Shown: positions 1-13,980, numbered from the stretch's first letter. The stretch: DNA of 64,000 bases from Candidatus Binatia bacterium (GCA_041496545.1 JBGQET010000011.1:3731-67730), one strand, 5' to 3'. The notes: generated by a model from the sequence alone, not told the origin. Translations and numbers: made by a program.

Positions 1-1179
1 TCCGCCGCCGAGGCCGAGACCTTCTTCAAGATGCTGGCCAAGGCCGAGCGCCCGCTCCTCTACGCCGGCGGCGGCGTGATCAACTCCAACGCCGCGCCCG
101 AGCTGCGCGCCTTCGCCAAGCGCTTCGGCATCCCCGTCGTCACGACGCTCATGGGGATCGGCGCGGTGGACACGACGGACGACCTCGCGCTCCGCATGCT
201 CGGCATGCACGGCACGGCGTTCGCCAACTACGCCGTCGAGGACTGCGACTTCCTCTTCGCCGTCGGCTCGCGCTTCGACGACCGCGTCGCCGGCAAGGTG
301 AAGGAGTTCGCCCCGGGCGCGAAGGTCGCCCACCTCGACATCGACGCCTCCGAGATCGACAAGGTGAAGCACGTCGACTGGGCCCACGTCTGCGACGCCA
401 AGATGGGGCTCGCGCAGCTCCTCGAGGCCGGCGCCGGCTTCAAGAAGGGCTTCGCCAAGTGGCGTGCCCACGTGAACGACCTCCGCGGTCGCCACCCGCT
501 CGGCTACAACCGCGACTCCAAGCTCATCCAGATGGAGTACGTGCTCGAGACGCTGAACCGGATCACGCAGGGCAAGGCGATCGTCGCGACGGGCGTCGGC
601 CAGCACCAGATGTGGGCGGCGCAGTACATGGACTTCGTCGACGCGCGCACCTTCCTCACCTCGGGCAGCATGGGGACGATGGGCTTCGGGCTGCCGGCCG
701 CGATCGGCGCGCAGGTCGCCAACCCGGGTAAGCTCGTCATCGACGTCGACGGCGACGGCTCGATCCGCATGAACTACGGCGAGCTCGAGACCCTCACCAC
801 CTACGACATCCCGGTGAAGGTGCTGCTGCTGAACAACCTGGGCGACGGCATGGTCCGCCAGTGGCAGGACCTGTTCTACGAGAACCGCTACTCCGGCACC
901 GACAAGACGCTCCACAAGAAGGACTTCGTGAAGGCGGTGGAAGCGGACGGGTTCCAGTTCGCGAAGCGGGTGACGGAGATCCCGGAGGTCGCGCCGATGC
1001 TCGCGGCGTTCGTCGGCTTCCCGGGGCCCGCCTTCCTCGAGGTCATGGTCGACCAGAACGCGCACGTCTACCCGATGGTCGCCCCCGGCATGGGCTACAA
1101 GGACATGATCACCGGGAAGTGGATCCCCGGCCGCGAGCAGGGCCCCAAGGGCGGCGACGAGCCCACGGGCTACTTCTGA
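1..1179 (+). CDS. ilvB: Acetolactate synthase large subunit (5' end outside window)
   Basis: Frame open from base 1; LGMHG, RFDDRV, GVGQHQMWAAQ, GTMGFGLPAAIGA, ThDP motif GDGS...NN, GMVRQWQ. Confidence 0.95.
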   Translation, partial: SAAEAETFFKMLAKAERPLLYAGGGVINSNAAPELRAFAKRFGIPVVTTLMGIGAVDTTDDLALRMLGMHGTAFANYAVEDCDFLFAVGSRFDDRVAGKVKEFAPGAKVAHLDIDASEIDKVKHVDWAHVCDAKMGLAQLLEAGAGFKKGFAKWRAHVNDLRGRHPLGYNRDSKLIQMEYVLETLNRITQGKAIVATGVGQHQMWAAQYMDFVDARTFLTSGSMGTMGFGLPAAIGAQVANPGKLVIDVDGDGSIRMNYGELETLTTYDIPVKVLLLNNLGDGMVRQWQDLFYENRYSGTDKTLHKKDFVKAVEADGFQFAKRVTEIPEVAPMLAAFVGFPGPAFLEVMVDQNAHVYPMVAPGMGYKDMITGKWIPGREQGPKGGDEPTGYF

Positions 1180-1185
1180 GCTAGC

Positions 1186-4599
<3,414 letters not shown>

Positions 4600-4752
4600 G
4601 GAGGGCTCCTTCCGAGCGCGCAATAACACGGGCGACGCTTCGTCCGAAACCCCAAAGGCGCCGGACGCAACAAAATTTCGACCGTTGGGCCGTTGGCCGG
4701 GCACGGGCCCGGGTGGCGGTCGCGACGCAGGGCGGCTAAAAGGAAGAAACCG

Positions 4753-7512
4753 ATGTCGGACGTCGATGCCGTGGCCCTTGCCAACAAGGAGTACGTCGCG
4801 GAGCAGTACCGGCGCTGGCAGGAGGACCCCAACGCGGTCGACGAGAAGTGGGCGCTCTTCTTCGCCGGCTTCGACCTCGCCGCGGGCGGCAACGGCGCCG
4901 CGGCCGCCCTCGCCGCGCCGGCGGTCGCGGGGCGCGGCCCCGACGTCGCCGAGCTGGTCCACTCCTACCGAGAGCTGGGGCACCTCGTCGCGCACCTGAA
5001 CCCGCTCGAACCGCAGCCCGTCGGCCACCCCCTGCTCGACCCCGCGGAGCTCGGCTTCTCGGAGGCGGATCTGGAGCGCGTCGTCGAGTGCGCCGGGTTC
5101 CGGGGGTGCGAGCGCGCCCCGCTGCGCGAGCTGATCGCCCGGCTCCGCGCGACCTACTGCCGCACGCTCGGCGTCGAGTATCTCCACATCCAGGACAAGG
5201 ACCAGCGCGAGTGGCTCCAGGAGCGCATGGAGCCGACGCTGAACGACCCGCAGCTCGACCGCGACGCGCGCCTCGAGATCCTGAACGCCCTCGTGAAGGC
5301 CGAGGGCCTCGAGCTGTTCCTCCAGGCTCGCTACCCCACCGCCAAGCGCTTCTCGCTCGAAGGCGGCGAAGCCTCGATCCCCATGCTCGACGCGCTCATC
5401 GAGACGGCCGGCACGCTCGGCGTGGACGAGATCGTGCTCGGCATGCCGCACCGCGGGCGGCTCAACGTGCTCGCCAACGTGCTGCGTAAGCCCTACGAGA
5501 TGATCCTCGCCGAGTTCGAGGGCAGCCTCCTCGCCAGGGAGGCGACCGGCGACGGCGACGTGAAGTACCACCTCGGGTACTCGCGCGATCACACCACGCG
5601 CGCCGGTCACGCCGTCCATCTCTCGCTCAGCCCCAATCCCAGCCACCTCGAGGCCGTCGACCCGGTGATCGAGGGCATGGTCCGCGCCAAGCAGAAGCAC
5701 AAGGGCGACGGGGACCGGGGCCGCGTCGTGCCCGTCCTCCTGCACGGCGACGCCGCCTTCACCGGTCAGGGCGTCGTGTTCGAGACGCTCTGGCTCTCCG
5801 AGCTCGACGGCTATCACACGGGCGGCACGATCCACGTCATCGTCGACAACCAGATCGGTTTCACGACGTCCCCCCGGTCCTACCGCTTCACGCCCCACGC
5901 GAGCGACGTCGGCAAGATGCTCGGCGCGCCGATCTTCCACGTCAACGGCGACGACCCGGAAGCCGCGGTGCAGGCGGCGCACCTCGCGATCGGCTTCCGG
6001 CAGCGCTTCAAGAAGGACGCCTTCATCAACCTGCTCTGCTACCGCCGCCGCGGCCACAACGAGCTCGACGACCCCACCTTCACCCAGCCCGTGATGTACA
6101 AGAAGATCGCGCAGCATCCGACGGAGCTCTCGGTGTACCGCGAGCGGCTGGTGCGCGACGAGGTCACCACAGCCGAGGACGTCGAGGCGCGCGTCGCGGA
6201 CGTGCGCGAGATATTGGACGCCGCGCAGCAGTACGCGCGCGACTTCATGCCGCGCCAGCCGGTGTTCGCGTTCGGCGGCTTGTGGAAGGGCCTCGGCTGG
6301 GCCGGCGAGGACTGGAGCGCCGACACCCGCGTGCCGCGCGCCGCGCTCGACGAGGTGGCGCGCGCGCTGGTGCGCGTCCCGCCCGGCTTCACGCCCCACC
6401 CGAAGGTCGCGCGCATGATGGAAGAGCGTGCCGCGATGGCGAACCCGGGCGCCAAGATGGACTGGGGCGCCGCCGAGGCATTGGCCATCGGCTCGCTCGT
6501 GCTCGAGGGCGTCCCCGTGCGGCTGAGCGGGCAGGACAGCGGGCGCGGCACCTTCAGCCATCGCCACGCCGTCCTGCACGACGTCGAGAACGGCGCCACC
6601 TACGTCCCGCTCGACCACGTCCGCGCGGAGCAGGCGAAGTTCACGGTCTTCGACAGCATGCTCTCCGAGAACGCCGTCCTCGGCTTCGAGTTCGGCATGA
6701 GCGTCGCCGACCCGTGGGAGCTCGTCATCTGGGAGGCGCAGTTCGGCGACTTCGCCAACGGCGCGGAGGTCATCATCGATCAGTTCCTCGCGAGCTCCGA
6801 GTCCAAGTGGCAGCGGATGAGCGGCCTCGTGCTGCTCCTCCCCCACGGCTATGAGGGGCAGGGGCCCGAGCACTCGAGCGCACGCCTCGAGCGCTTCCTG
6901 CAGCTCTGCGCCGAGGACAACATGCAGGTCTGCAACTTCACCACCCCGGCGCAGTACTTCCACGCCCTCCGCCGCCAGATGCACCGCAAGTTCCGCAAGC
7001 CCCTCGTCGTCATGAGCCCGAAGAGCCTCTTGCGGCACAAGGCCGCGGTCTCGACGCCGGAGGAGCTCACCGACGGCACCTTCCAGACCGTGATCGACGA
7101 CGTTGCCGTCACGGGCGCGCCCGAGGCGGGCGTGACGCTCGACCGCGCCCGCGTCACGCGGCTCCTCCTCTGTAGCGGGAAGGTGTACTACGCGCTGCTC
7201 GCCGGGCGGCGCGAGCGCGGCCTGGACAACGCCGCCATCGTCCGCGTCGAGCAGCTCTATCCCTTCCCGGCACGGGAGGTGGAGGCGATCTTCGCCGCCT
7301 ATCCGCAAGCGAAGCAGGTGTACTGGGTGCAGGAGGAGCCGTGGAACATGGGTGCGTGGCACACCATGCACCGGCGGCTTCACCGGATCCTGCCGGAGGA
7401 CCGCACGCTCAGCTATGCGGGGCGTCCCGAAGCGGCGAGCCCGGCCACCGGGTCGTTCAAGATTCACCAGCAGGAGGAAGCGGAGCTGGTACAGGCGGCG
7501 TTCGCGCGCTAG
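4753..7512 (+). CDS. sucA: 2-oxoglutarate dehydrogenase E1
   Basis: KRFSLEG, GMPHRGRLNVL, GDVKYHLG, NPSHLEAV, HGDAAFTGQG, RLSGQD, WEAQFGDF, HGYEGQGPEHSSAR. Confidence 0.97.
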   Translation: MSDVDAVALANKEYVAEQYRRWQEDPNAVDEKWALFFAGFDLAAGGNGAAAALAAPAVAGRGPDVAELVHSYRELGHLVAHLNPLEPQPVGHPLLDPAELGFSEADLERVVECAGFRGCERAPLRELIARLRATYCRTLGVEYLHIQDKDQREWLQERMEPTLNDPQLDRDARLEILNALVKAEGLELFLQARYPTAKRFSLEGGEASIPMLDALIETAGTLGVDEIVLGMPHRGRLNVLANVLRKPYEMILAEFEGSLLAREATGDGDVKYHLGYSRDHTTRAGHAVHLSLSPNPSHLEAVDPVIEGMVRAKQKHKGDGDRGRVVPVLLHGDAAFTGQGVVFETLWLSELDGYHTGGTIHVIVDNQIGFTTSPRSYRFTPHASDVGKMLGAPIFHVNGDDPEAAVQAAHLAIGFRQRFKKDAFINLLCYRRRGHNELDDPTFTQPVMYKKIAQHPTELSVYRERLVRDEVTTAEDVEARVADVREILDAAQQYARDFMPRQPVFAFGGLWKGLGWAGEDWSADTRVPRAALDEVARALVRVPPGFTPHPKVARMMEERAAMANPGAKMDWGAAEALAIGSLVLEGVPVRLSGQDSGRGTFSHRHAVLHDVENGATYVPLDHVRAEQAKFTVFDSMLSENAVLGFEFGMSVADPWELVIWEAQFGDFANGAEVIIDQFLASSESKWQRMSGLVLLLPHGYEGQGPEHSSARLERFLQLCAEDNMQVCNFTTPAQYFHALRRQMHRKFRKPLVVMSPKSLLRHKAAVSTPEELTDGTFQTVIDDVAVTGAPEAGVTLDRARVTRLLLCSGKVYYALLAGRRERGLDNAAIVRVEQLYPFPAREVEAIFAAYPQAKQVYWVQEEPWNMGAWHTMHRRLHRILPEDRTLSYAGRPEAASPATGSFKIHQQEEAELVQAAFAR

Positions 7513-7535
7513 GGGACGCGGCGGGGAGGGGCGGC

Positions 7536-8738
7536 ATGGCGTTCGAGGTGCGCATCCCGACTCTCGGTGAGTCCATCACCGAGGGGACGATCACGCAGTG
7601 GCGAAAGCGCGAGGGGGAAGCCGTCGCGCCCGACGAGGTCCTCCTCGAGCTCGAGACGGACAAGGCGAACAACGAGCTCACCGCCGAGCGCGGCGGCGTG
7701 CTCCACATCCTGAAGCCGGAGGGCACGGTCGTCACCCCCGGCGACGTGGTGGCGACGATCGACGAGGGCGCGACGGCTCGGCCCGAGTCGGCGTCGGCGC
7801 CGCCGCCGCGCGCCGCCGCGCCCGAAGCACGCCGCGAGCCCGCGCCGCTCGGCCCCGCCGTCCGCCACATGGTCGCAGAGCACCACCTCGACCCGGCGAC
7901 CATCCCCGCCTCCGGCAAGGGCGGCCGCCTAACCAAGGCGGACGTCGTCGAGCACCTCGAACGCGACGTGCCGGCGCGGCCGGCGGCTCAACCACCCGCG
8001 CGCGCGGAGAGCCCCGCGGCGGTCGCCCGCGTCCTCCACGAGGGCGAAGAAGCCGTGCCCATGAGCCGCATACGCAAGCGGATCGCGGAGCGGCTCGTGC
8101 AGGCGCAGCACACCGCGGCCATCCTCACCACTTTCAACGAGATCGACATGAGCGCGATCATCGACCTCCGCGCCCGCCACAAGGAACGCTTCCAGAAGAC
8201 CCACAGCGTGGGGCTCGGCTTCATGTCGTTCTTCGCGCACGCCTGCATCTCGGCGCTGCGCGACATCCCGGCCATCAACGCCGAGATCCGCGGCGACGAC
8301 ATCGTCTACAAGCACTTCGTCCACCTCGGCGTCGCGGTGGGGACGGAACGGGGGCTCGTGGTGCCGGTGATCCACCACGCCGACCGCATGACGTTCGCCG
8401 AGGTCGAGCGCGAGATCCTCCGCCTCGCGGGCCTGGCGCGCGAGGGACGCCTCTCGCTCGACGACCTCTCGGGCGGCACCTTCACGATCTCGAACGGCGG
8501 GGTCTACGGCTCGCTCCTCTCCACGCCCATCCTGAACCCGCCGCAGAGCGGCATCCTCGGCATGCACAAGATCGAGAAGCGGCCGATCGTCGTCGACGAC
8601 GAGATCGTGATCCGTCCGATGATGTACGTCGCGCTCTCCTACGATCACCGCATCGTCGACGGCGGGCAGGCGGTGACCTTCCTGGTGCGCGTGAAGGAGC
8701 GGATCGAGGATCCGGCGCGCATGCTCCTCTCGGTCTGA
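7536..8738 (+). CDS. sucB: Dihydrolipoyl succinyltransferase E2
   Basis: Lipoyl domain ETDKA, E3-binding GKGGRLTKADV, catalytic SYDHRIVDG. Confidence 0.96.
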   Translation: MAFEVRIPTLGESITEGTITQWRKREGEAVAPDEVLLELETDKANNELTAERGGVLHILKPEGTVVTPGDVVATIDEGATARPESASAPPPRAAAPEARREPAPLGPAVRHMVAEHHLDPATIPASGKGGRLTKADVVEHLERDVPARPAAQPPARAESPAAVARVLHEGEEAVPMSRIRKRIAERLVQAQHTAAILTTFNEIDMSAIIDLRARHKERFQKTHSVGLGFMSFFAHACISALRDIPAINAEIRGDDIVYKHFVHLGVAVGTERGLVVPVIHHADRMTFAEVEREILRLAGLAREGRLSLDDLSGGTFTISNGGVYGSLLSTPILNPPQSGILGMHKIEKRPIVVDDEIVIRPMMYVALSYDHRIVDGGQAVTFLVRVKERIEDPARMLLSV

Positions 8739-10145
8739 ATGCCCGACGCGGCGCGGTTCGACCTGGTCGTGATCGGCTCCGGGCCCGGTGGCTACGTGGC
8801 CGCCATCCGGGCCGCGCAGCTCGGACTCCGCGTGGCGTGCGTCGAGAAGGAGAAGGCGCTCGGCGGCACGTGCCTCAACGTCGGCTGCATCCCGTCGAAG
8901 GCGCTGCTCGACTCGAGCGAAATATACCGCCACACCCAGCGCGGGCTCGCCGTTCACGGCGTCAAGGCGAGCGGCGTCGAGCTCGACCTGCCGGCGATGA
9001 TGGCGCGGAAGGACAAGGTCGTGCGTGGGCTCACCTCGGGCATCGCCGGCTTGTTCAAGAAGAACACGGTGACGCCCGTCGTCGGCAGCGCGCGCCTCGC
9101 GGCGCCGGGACGGGTCGCGGTGACCGGCGCGAGCGGCGAGCAGACGCTCGAGGCGGAGCGCGTGCTGATCGCGACCGGCAGCGAGCCGACGCCGCTCCGC
9201 CACCTGCCGTACGACGGCGAGCGCGTGATCGGCTCCACCGAGGCCCTCACGCTCCCGCGCGTCCCCGAGCGGATGCTCGTCGTGGGCGCCGGCGCCGTCG
9301 GCCTCGAGCTGGGCTCCGTGTGGAGCCGGCTCGGCGCCGCCGTCACGGTGGTCGAGTTCCTGCCCCACATCGTCCCCTGGGCCGACCGCGAGATGGGTAC
9401 GCAGCTCCAGCGCGCGCTCGAGCGCCAGGGCATGCAGTTCCGCCTCCAGACCTCGGCCCGCGGGGCCGCCCGCTCGGAGCGCGGCGTGCGGGTCACGCTC
9501 GCCGCGGCCGCCGGCGTGAGTGAGGAGGTCGAGGTCGACGTCGCGCTGGTGGCCGTCGGCCGCCGGCCGTACACCGAGGGCCTCGGCGCACGCGAGCTGG
9601 GCGTGGCCTTCGACGACAAGGGCCGGATCGTCGTCAACGAGCGCTTCGAGACGAACGTCCCGAGCGTGTTCGCAATCGGCGACGTCATCCCCGGCCCGAT
9701 GCTCGCGCACAAGGCCGAAGAGGAAGGCATCGCCGCCGTCGAGATGATGGCCGGCCACGCCGGCCACGTGAACTACGAAGCGATCCCCAACGTCGTCTAC
9801 ACCTGGCCCGAGCTGGCGAGCGTCGGCATCACGACGGAGGAAGCCGCCACCCGTGGCGTCGCGGTGAACGTCGGCACGTTCCCGTTCCGCGCCAACGGCC
9901 GCGCGCGCTGCATGGAAGAGACCGAGGGCGGCGTCAAGGTGATCGCCGACGCCCGCACCGACCGCGTCCTCGGCATCCACATCCTCGGCCCCCGCGCCTC
10001 CGACCTGATCGCCGAAGCAGCCCTGGCGATGGAGTTCGGCGCCAGCGCCGAAGACCTGGCGCGCACCGTCCACGCCCACCCCACCCTCCCCGAAGCCGTC
10101 AAAGAAGCCGCCCTCGCCGTCGCCCGCCGCGCCATCCACATCTAG
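8739..10145 (+). CDS. lpdA: Dihydrolipoyl dehydrogenase E3
   Basis: GSGPGG, GGTCLNVGCIPSK, HAHPTLPE. Confidence 0.97.
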   Translation: MPDAARFDLVVIGSGPGGYVAAIRAAQLGLRVACVEKEKALGGTCLNVGCIPSKALLDSSEIYRHTQRGLAVHGVKASGVELDLPAMMARKDKVVRGLTSGIAGLFKKNTVTPVVGSARLAAPGRVAVTGASGEQTLEAERVLIATGSEPTPLRHLPYDGERVIGSTEALTLPRVPERMLVVGAGAVGLELGSVWSRLGAAVTVVEFLPHIVPWADREMGTQLQRALERQGMQFRLQTSARGAARSERGVRVTLAAAAGVSEEVEVDVALVAVGRRPYTEGLGARELGVAFDDKGRIVVNERFETNVPSVFAIGDVIPGPMLAHKAEEEGIAAVEMMAGHAGHVNYEAIPNVVYTWPELASVGITTEEAATRGVAVNVGTFPFRANGRARCMEETEGGVKVIADARTDRVLGIHILGPRASDLIAEAALAMEFGASAEDLARTVHAHPTLPEAVKEAALAVARRAIHI

Positions 10146-10148
10146 CAG

Positions 10149-10173
10149 TCGCCGGCCGCGAGGCGGCCGGCGA
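10149..10173. terminator. GC hairpin between convergent genes
   Basis: 11-bp stem TCGCCGGCCGC/GCGGCCGGCGA with loop GAG; no U-tract. Confidence 0.5.
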
Positions 10174-10178
10174 GCCGA

Positions 10179-10994
10179 CTACTCGCCAGTGAACCGCGGC
10201 GGCCGCTTCTCGACGAACGCCGCCATCGCCTCCATCAGGTCGTTCGACGGGAAGAAGGCGGAGTTCCACACCGCCACGTAGTCGAGCCCCTGCGCGACCC
10301 TCTGCGCGCGCGCCGCGCGCAGCACCGCCTTCGTGCCCTGCACGGCGAGCGGCGAGTTGGCGGCGATCTCGGCCGCCATCGCGCGCGCGGCGGCGGCGAC
10401 GGCTTCGGCGTCGGGGAGGACGTCGTTCACGAGCCCGATCTCCTTGGCGCGCGCCGCGGAGATGTCCTTCCCGGTGAACGCGAGCTCGGCCACGTGGCCG
10501 TCACCCACGATGCCCGGCAGGCGCTGGAGCGTGCCGACGTCGGCCACGATCGCGATCTTCGTCTCGCGCACCGAGAAGACGGCGTCGGCCGCCGCGAGCC
10601 GGACGTCGCACGCCGTGATCAGGTCGATGCCGCCGCCGATGCAGTAGCCGTGCACGGCGGCGATGACGGGCTTCGCGCAGTCGGCGACGGCGGTGATCGA
10701 GCCCTGCATGCGCTTGATGGTGCGCCGGAGTCCCCACCGGCGCGCGGCCTCCGAGGCGCCCTCGCCGCCGACACCCGCGCCGAACGCCTTCAAGTCGAGC
10801 CCGGTGGTGAAGTGCGGCCCCTTCGCCGCCACGACGACGGCGCGCACCCCGGGATCGTCGGACAACTCCTGCATGATCGCCGGCAGGCCGTCCCAGAAGG
10901 CGGGGCCCATGGCGTTGCGGCGCTCGGGGTTGTCGAGCCAGAGGGTGGCGACATGGCCGTCGCGCTCGATGCGGAAGACCTGTGACGTGCTCAC
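10179..10994 (-). CDS. Crotonase / enoyl-CoA hydratase family (dienoyl-CoA isomerase-like)
   Basis: FTTGLDL, KPVIAAVHGYCIGGGIDL, ADVGTLQRLP; probable GTG start 10994. Confidence 0.9.
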   Translation of the reverse strand: MSTSQVFRIERDGHVATLWLDNPERRNAMGPAFWDGLPAIMQELSDDPGVRAVVVAAKGPHFTTGLDLKAFGAGVGGEGASEAARRWGLRRTIKRMQGSITAVADCAKPVIAAVHGYCIGGGIDLITACDVRLAAADAVFSVRETKIAIVADVGTLQRLPGIVGDGHVAELAFTGKDISAARAKEIGLVNDVLPDAEAVAAAARAMAAEIAANSPLAVQGTKAVLRAARAQRVAQGLDYVAVWNSAFFPSNDLMEAMAAFVEKRPPRFTGE

Positions 10995-11021
10995 GCGGGC
11001 CGCTATAGCGCCGCCCCCGCG

Positions 11022-11051
11022 TTGACGCCACTCCCCGCGCGGCGCTAGGGT
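11022..11051 (+). promoter_or_regulatory. Sigma70-type promoter, likely leaderless transcript
   Basis: TTGACG-18-TAGGGT, 7 nt before ATG 11059, no SD. Confidence 0.6.
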
Positions 11052-11058
11052 CCGCCCC

Positions 11059-11424
11059 ATGCCATCGATCACGGAGACGGTGACGACGTACGCCGCGGCG
11101 TGGGGCGAGCCCGACGAGGGGAAGCGCCGGCGCCTGCTCGAAGCGGCGTGGGCCGACGACGGCGTCTACACGGACCCGACGGTGCTCGTCGAAGGCCGCG
11201 AAGCGCTCGTCGCCCACATCGGGGGCTTCCTCGCCACGACGCCGGGCGCGCGCATCCGCGCCACGAGCGGCATCGACACGCACCACGGCCGGCTCCGCTT
11301 CACGTGGACGATGCACGCCGCCGACGGCAGCCTGGTCGTCGAGGGCGTCGACTTCGGCGTGCTCGCGGCCGACGGCCGCCTGCGGCGGATCATCGGCTTC
11401 TTCGGGCCGCTCCCCGCGGCCTGA
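11059..11424 (+). CDS. SnoaL/NTF2-like protein
   Basis: YAAAWGEPD, YTDP...GREAL, DGRLRRIIGFFG. Confidence 0.85.
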   Translation: MPSITETVTTYAAAWGEPDEGKRRRLLEAAWADDGVYTDPTVLVEGREALVAHIGGFLATTPGARIRATSGIDTHHGRLRFTWTMHAADGSLVVEGVDFGVLAADGRLRRIIGFFGPLPAA

Positions 11425-11427
11425 CCG

Positions 11428-11739
11428 TCAGCGCGCCGCCCGCGCCCGCCGCCGCAGCAGCTTGAGCGACGGAAAGCCGAGCGCGAGCGTCTGCCAGAAC
11501 CAGCCCGCCGCCGCGTCGAGCCCGAGCCGACGCGCGAGCCGGAGCGCGTAGAGCGCCTCGCCGACGTGCAGGAGCACGCTCACGACGAAGACCGCCTGCA
11601 GCAGTGGTTTGGAGAAGACGGCCGTCACGTGCGCCGACCAGAACGCGTAGGCGCCCGGGTGGAAGGCGACGATCGCCAGCGCGCCGAGCCCGCCCGCGAT
11701 GGCGATCCACCAGCCGGCGTGCGGGCGCTCGGGTGTCAC
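11428..11739 (-). CDS. Small membrane protein, TMEM254/DUF4499-like
   Basis: Hydrophobic helices; LHVGEALYA...WFWQTLALGFPSL; GTGA overlap with upstream stop. Confidence 0.7.
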   Translation of the reverse strand: MTPERPHAGWWIAIAGGLGALAIVAFHPGAYAFWSAHVTAVFSKPLLQAVFVVSVLLHVGEALYALRLARRLGLDAAAGWFWQTLALGFPSLKLLRRRARAAR

Positions 11740-12077
11740 TGGACCTGGTGCGCGCTCTCCTGGATCACCGGCGGGAAGGTGAACTCCTCGTCGGGCGGCC
11801 GCACGCGGACCGTTCCGGTGACCTGGACCTGCGTGCCGGGCGCGAGCGCCGTACCGTACCCGACGACCGCGATGGGCAGACCAGCGTCGCGGATCTCGTA
11901 GAACGTCTCCCCCTTGAAGCCGAGGGTCAACGCGTCGACGGTGCCGACCACGGTGACCGACTGATCGGCGAAGCTGGCCGGTGCGTCGAGGATCGCCTTG
12001 ATCGTCGTGGTGGCGGCACGGGCGGGCACGACGGCGAGCAGAGCGAGGGCGGCGAGCGTTGCGATGCGGATATGCAT
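11736..12077 (-). CDS. Secreted OB-fold-like hypothetical protein
   Basis: AGGAG SD; signal peptide ending ARA; VTVVGTV...YEIRD...VQVTGTV. Confidence 0.7.
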   Translation of the reverse strand: MHIRIATLAALALLAVVPARAATTTIKAILDAPASFADQSVTVVGTVDALTLGFKGETFYEIRDAGLPIAVVGYGTALAPGTQVQVTGTVRVRPPDEEFTFPPVIQESAHQVQ

Positions 12078-12206
12078 GGCGGCTCTCTCCTCGCGGGCGA
12101 CTGTAGCCGCGGGGCCGAGCCGGATGCAACCGAAAAGCTCGCTTCTTTTCGATTGACCGGGGAACCGCGAAGCTGTTAGCGGACACTCTCGTGGAGGGAG
12201 GTTCAC

Positions 12207-13904
12207 ATGGCTCGTCGCATGATCGCCGGCGCCCTGCTCGCATCCGTGCTCGCCGTTGCGCCCGCACGGGCGCTCCTCAACAGCGACCTCGCAACGGCCG
12301 ACCTCGGCGGCGGCTGCTACCCCACGGGCATCACGCCGGGCCTGCTCGACATGCTGACCCTAGTCAACCCTGAATGGGCCCCGGTGATGAACGGGATGAC
12401 CGTCGACTCGACGCCCGCCTACGTCCACGGCCAAGTCCTCGACATGCACGGTGACCTGAGCGGCGACTTCCCCGCCACGCACGTGCGCGCGGACTTCAAC
12501 GCCGACCTCGATGTCGACCCGGCCGACCTGGGCACCATCGCCACCGGCAACGACAACGGCCACGCGCACATCGAGTGGGAGGCGGGTGCGTTCCCCGCCT
12601 GGGCCTGGCCCGGCGAGGGCGACCGCATGGTCGTGCTCGGCCGGCTCATCTTCGACTGTGGCCACCCGGGCGCCATGCCGGGCCAGTGCACCGGGCACTT
12701 CATGCACCAGTGCGTGCTCGACTCGGACTGCCATCCGCCGGTCTGCGCCGAGTGCTTCGCGAACGAGTTCTGCATCAACGAGCACTTCGGCTACGGCTCG
12801 GAGATCCACCCCGTGTACGCGTCCGCCGCCATCCGCCGCGGCCGCGGCGGTCTTCTCTCTCCTTCGCCCCACTCGTCTCCGGTCCCGGTCACCAAGGCCG
12901 ACGTCTACGTCAGCGGCGACGGGGGCGGCGCCGGCGACCGGTGCATTCTCACGCACCGGGCGCTGCCGACCGACCTCCTGAGCGTCGAATGCTTTCCGCT
13001 CTCGCAGCGGGTCGCGCAGGTCAACGCTAGGGACTTCACCTTCGACCTCCCGCTTCCGCCGCGGCCGCCGCACACGCAGCTCCGGTTCCGGAAGATCCTC
13101 TACCCGGCCCCGGGCGGGCGTGGGGCGCGGGTGATGATCCGTCGCCGCCTCCAGGACCCGAGTCCCCACCTCGAGGTGACCGTCCTGATGACGAGACCCG
13201 TGGGCGGGCTCCAGCCGACGGGCTTCGCGGGCACGATCCTCGCCGGCTGGCAGAGGGACCCGACGCCGCTCACGCACGTCCGCACCAGCGTGACCGGCGT
13301 CGTCATCAACAATGCGCTCCAGCCCGCGACGCCGGTCGCGCCCAAGACCTGCTCGATCGCCAACACGCCGTGCGACACCGCGGCCAACTGCCCGAGCGGG
13401 GAATCCTGCTTCGGCCAGGGCCCGGTGAAGGCGTGGCAGCTCCAGACGTCGGTGAACGGGGAGTGGGTGGAGCTCGGCGGCCTCGGCTCGGTGAGCACCA
13501 ACGACGTGATCCCGCAGTCGATCGTCTTCGACCAGTACCTCAGCGCGGGCGACGGTGTGCACGTCGTCACGAACGGCGTCGCGCGCGAATGCGTCGACGC
13601 GCTCTACGACAAGTCCATCGCCACCGACCTCGCCAACCTCGGGTTCAACAAGGGCCTCCTCTGCCTCAACTCCACCGCGCACAACGCCGGCACGATCGAT
13701 GTCACGTACGCCGGTCCGGACTTCGGCGCTGGCCTCGGCGGTACGATGGACTACGCAACCCAGAGCGTCGGCGGCCAGGGCGGCCACTGCTCGCTGACGA
13801 CGGGCCTGCTCTGCCTCGTGAACGAAGACTGCCCGTCCGGCGAGAGCTGCACGACGACGGGTGGCGCGTTCTCACTGAGCTACCGCATAGAGCGGCTTCC
13901 GTAG
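12207..13904 (+). CDS. Secreted Cys-rich hypothetical protein (565 aa)
   Basis: GGAGG SD; signal peptide; three 4-Cys modules; EWE, DCGH and EIHP motifs. Confidence 0.85.
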   Translation: MARRMIAGALLASVLAVAPARALLNSDLATADLGGGCYPTGITPGLLDMLTLVNPEWAPVMNGMTVDSTPAYVHGQVLDMHGDLSGDFPATHVRADFNADLDVDPADLGTIATGNDNGHAHIEWEAGAFPAWAWPGEGDRMVVLGRLIFDCGHPGAMPGQCTGHFMHQCVLDSDCHPPVCAECFANEFCINEHFGYGSEIHPVYASAAIRRGRGGLLSPSPHSSPVPVTKADVYVSGDGGGAGDRCILTHRALPTDLLSVECFPLSQRVAQVNARDFTFDLPLPPRPPHTQLRFRKILYPAPGGRGARVMIRRRLQDPSPHLEVTVLMTRPVGGLQPTGFAGTILAGWQRDPTPLTHVRTSVTGVVINNALQPATPVAPKTCSIANTPCDTAANCPSGESCFGQGPVKAWQLQTSVNGEWVELGGLGSVSTNDVIPQSIVFDQYLSAGDGVHVVTNGVARECVDALYDKSIATDLANLGFNKGLLCLNSTAHNAGTIDVTYAGPDFGAGLGGTMDYATQSVGGQGGHCSLTTGLLCLVNEDCPSGESCTTTGGAFSLSYRIERLP

Positions 13905-13980
13905 CGCCCGCACCCACGCGGTCGCCGCCGCGACGAGAGGGTGGACCCACCCACTCGAGCCGCGCTATGCGGCGAGCACC

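Noticed and set aside
4600-7467. N-terminal ~956 aa of the 2093-aa minus-strand ORF
   Set aside because: Antisense shadow of sucA caused by GC3 bias; the real gene starts at 4599 with an SD and signal peptide
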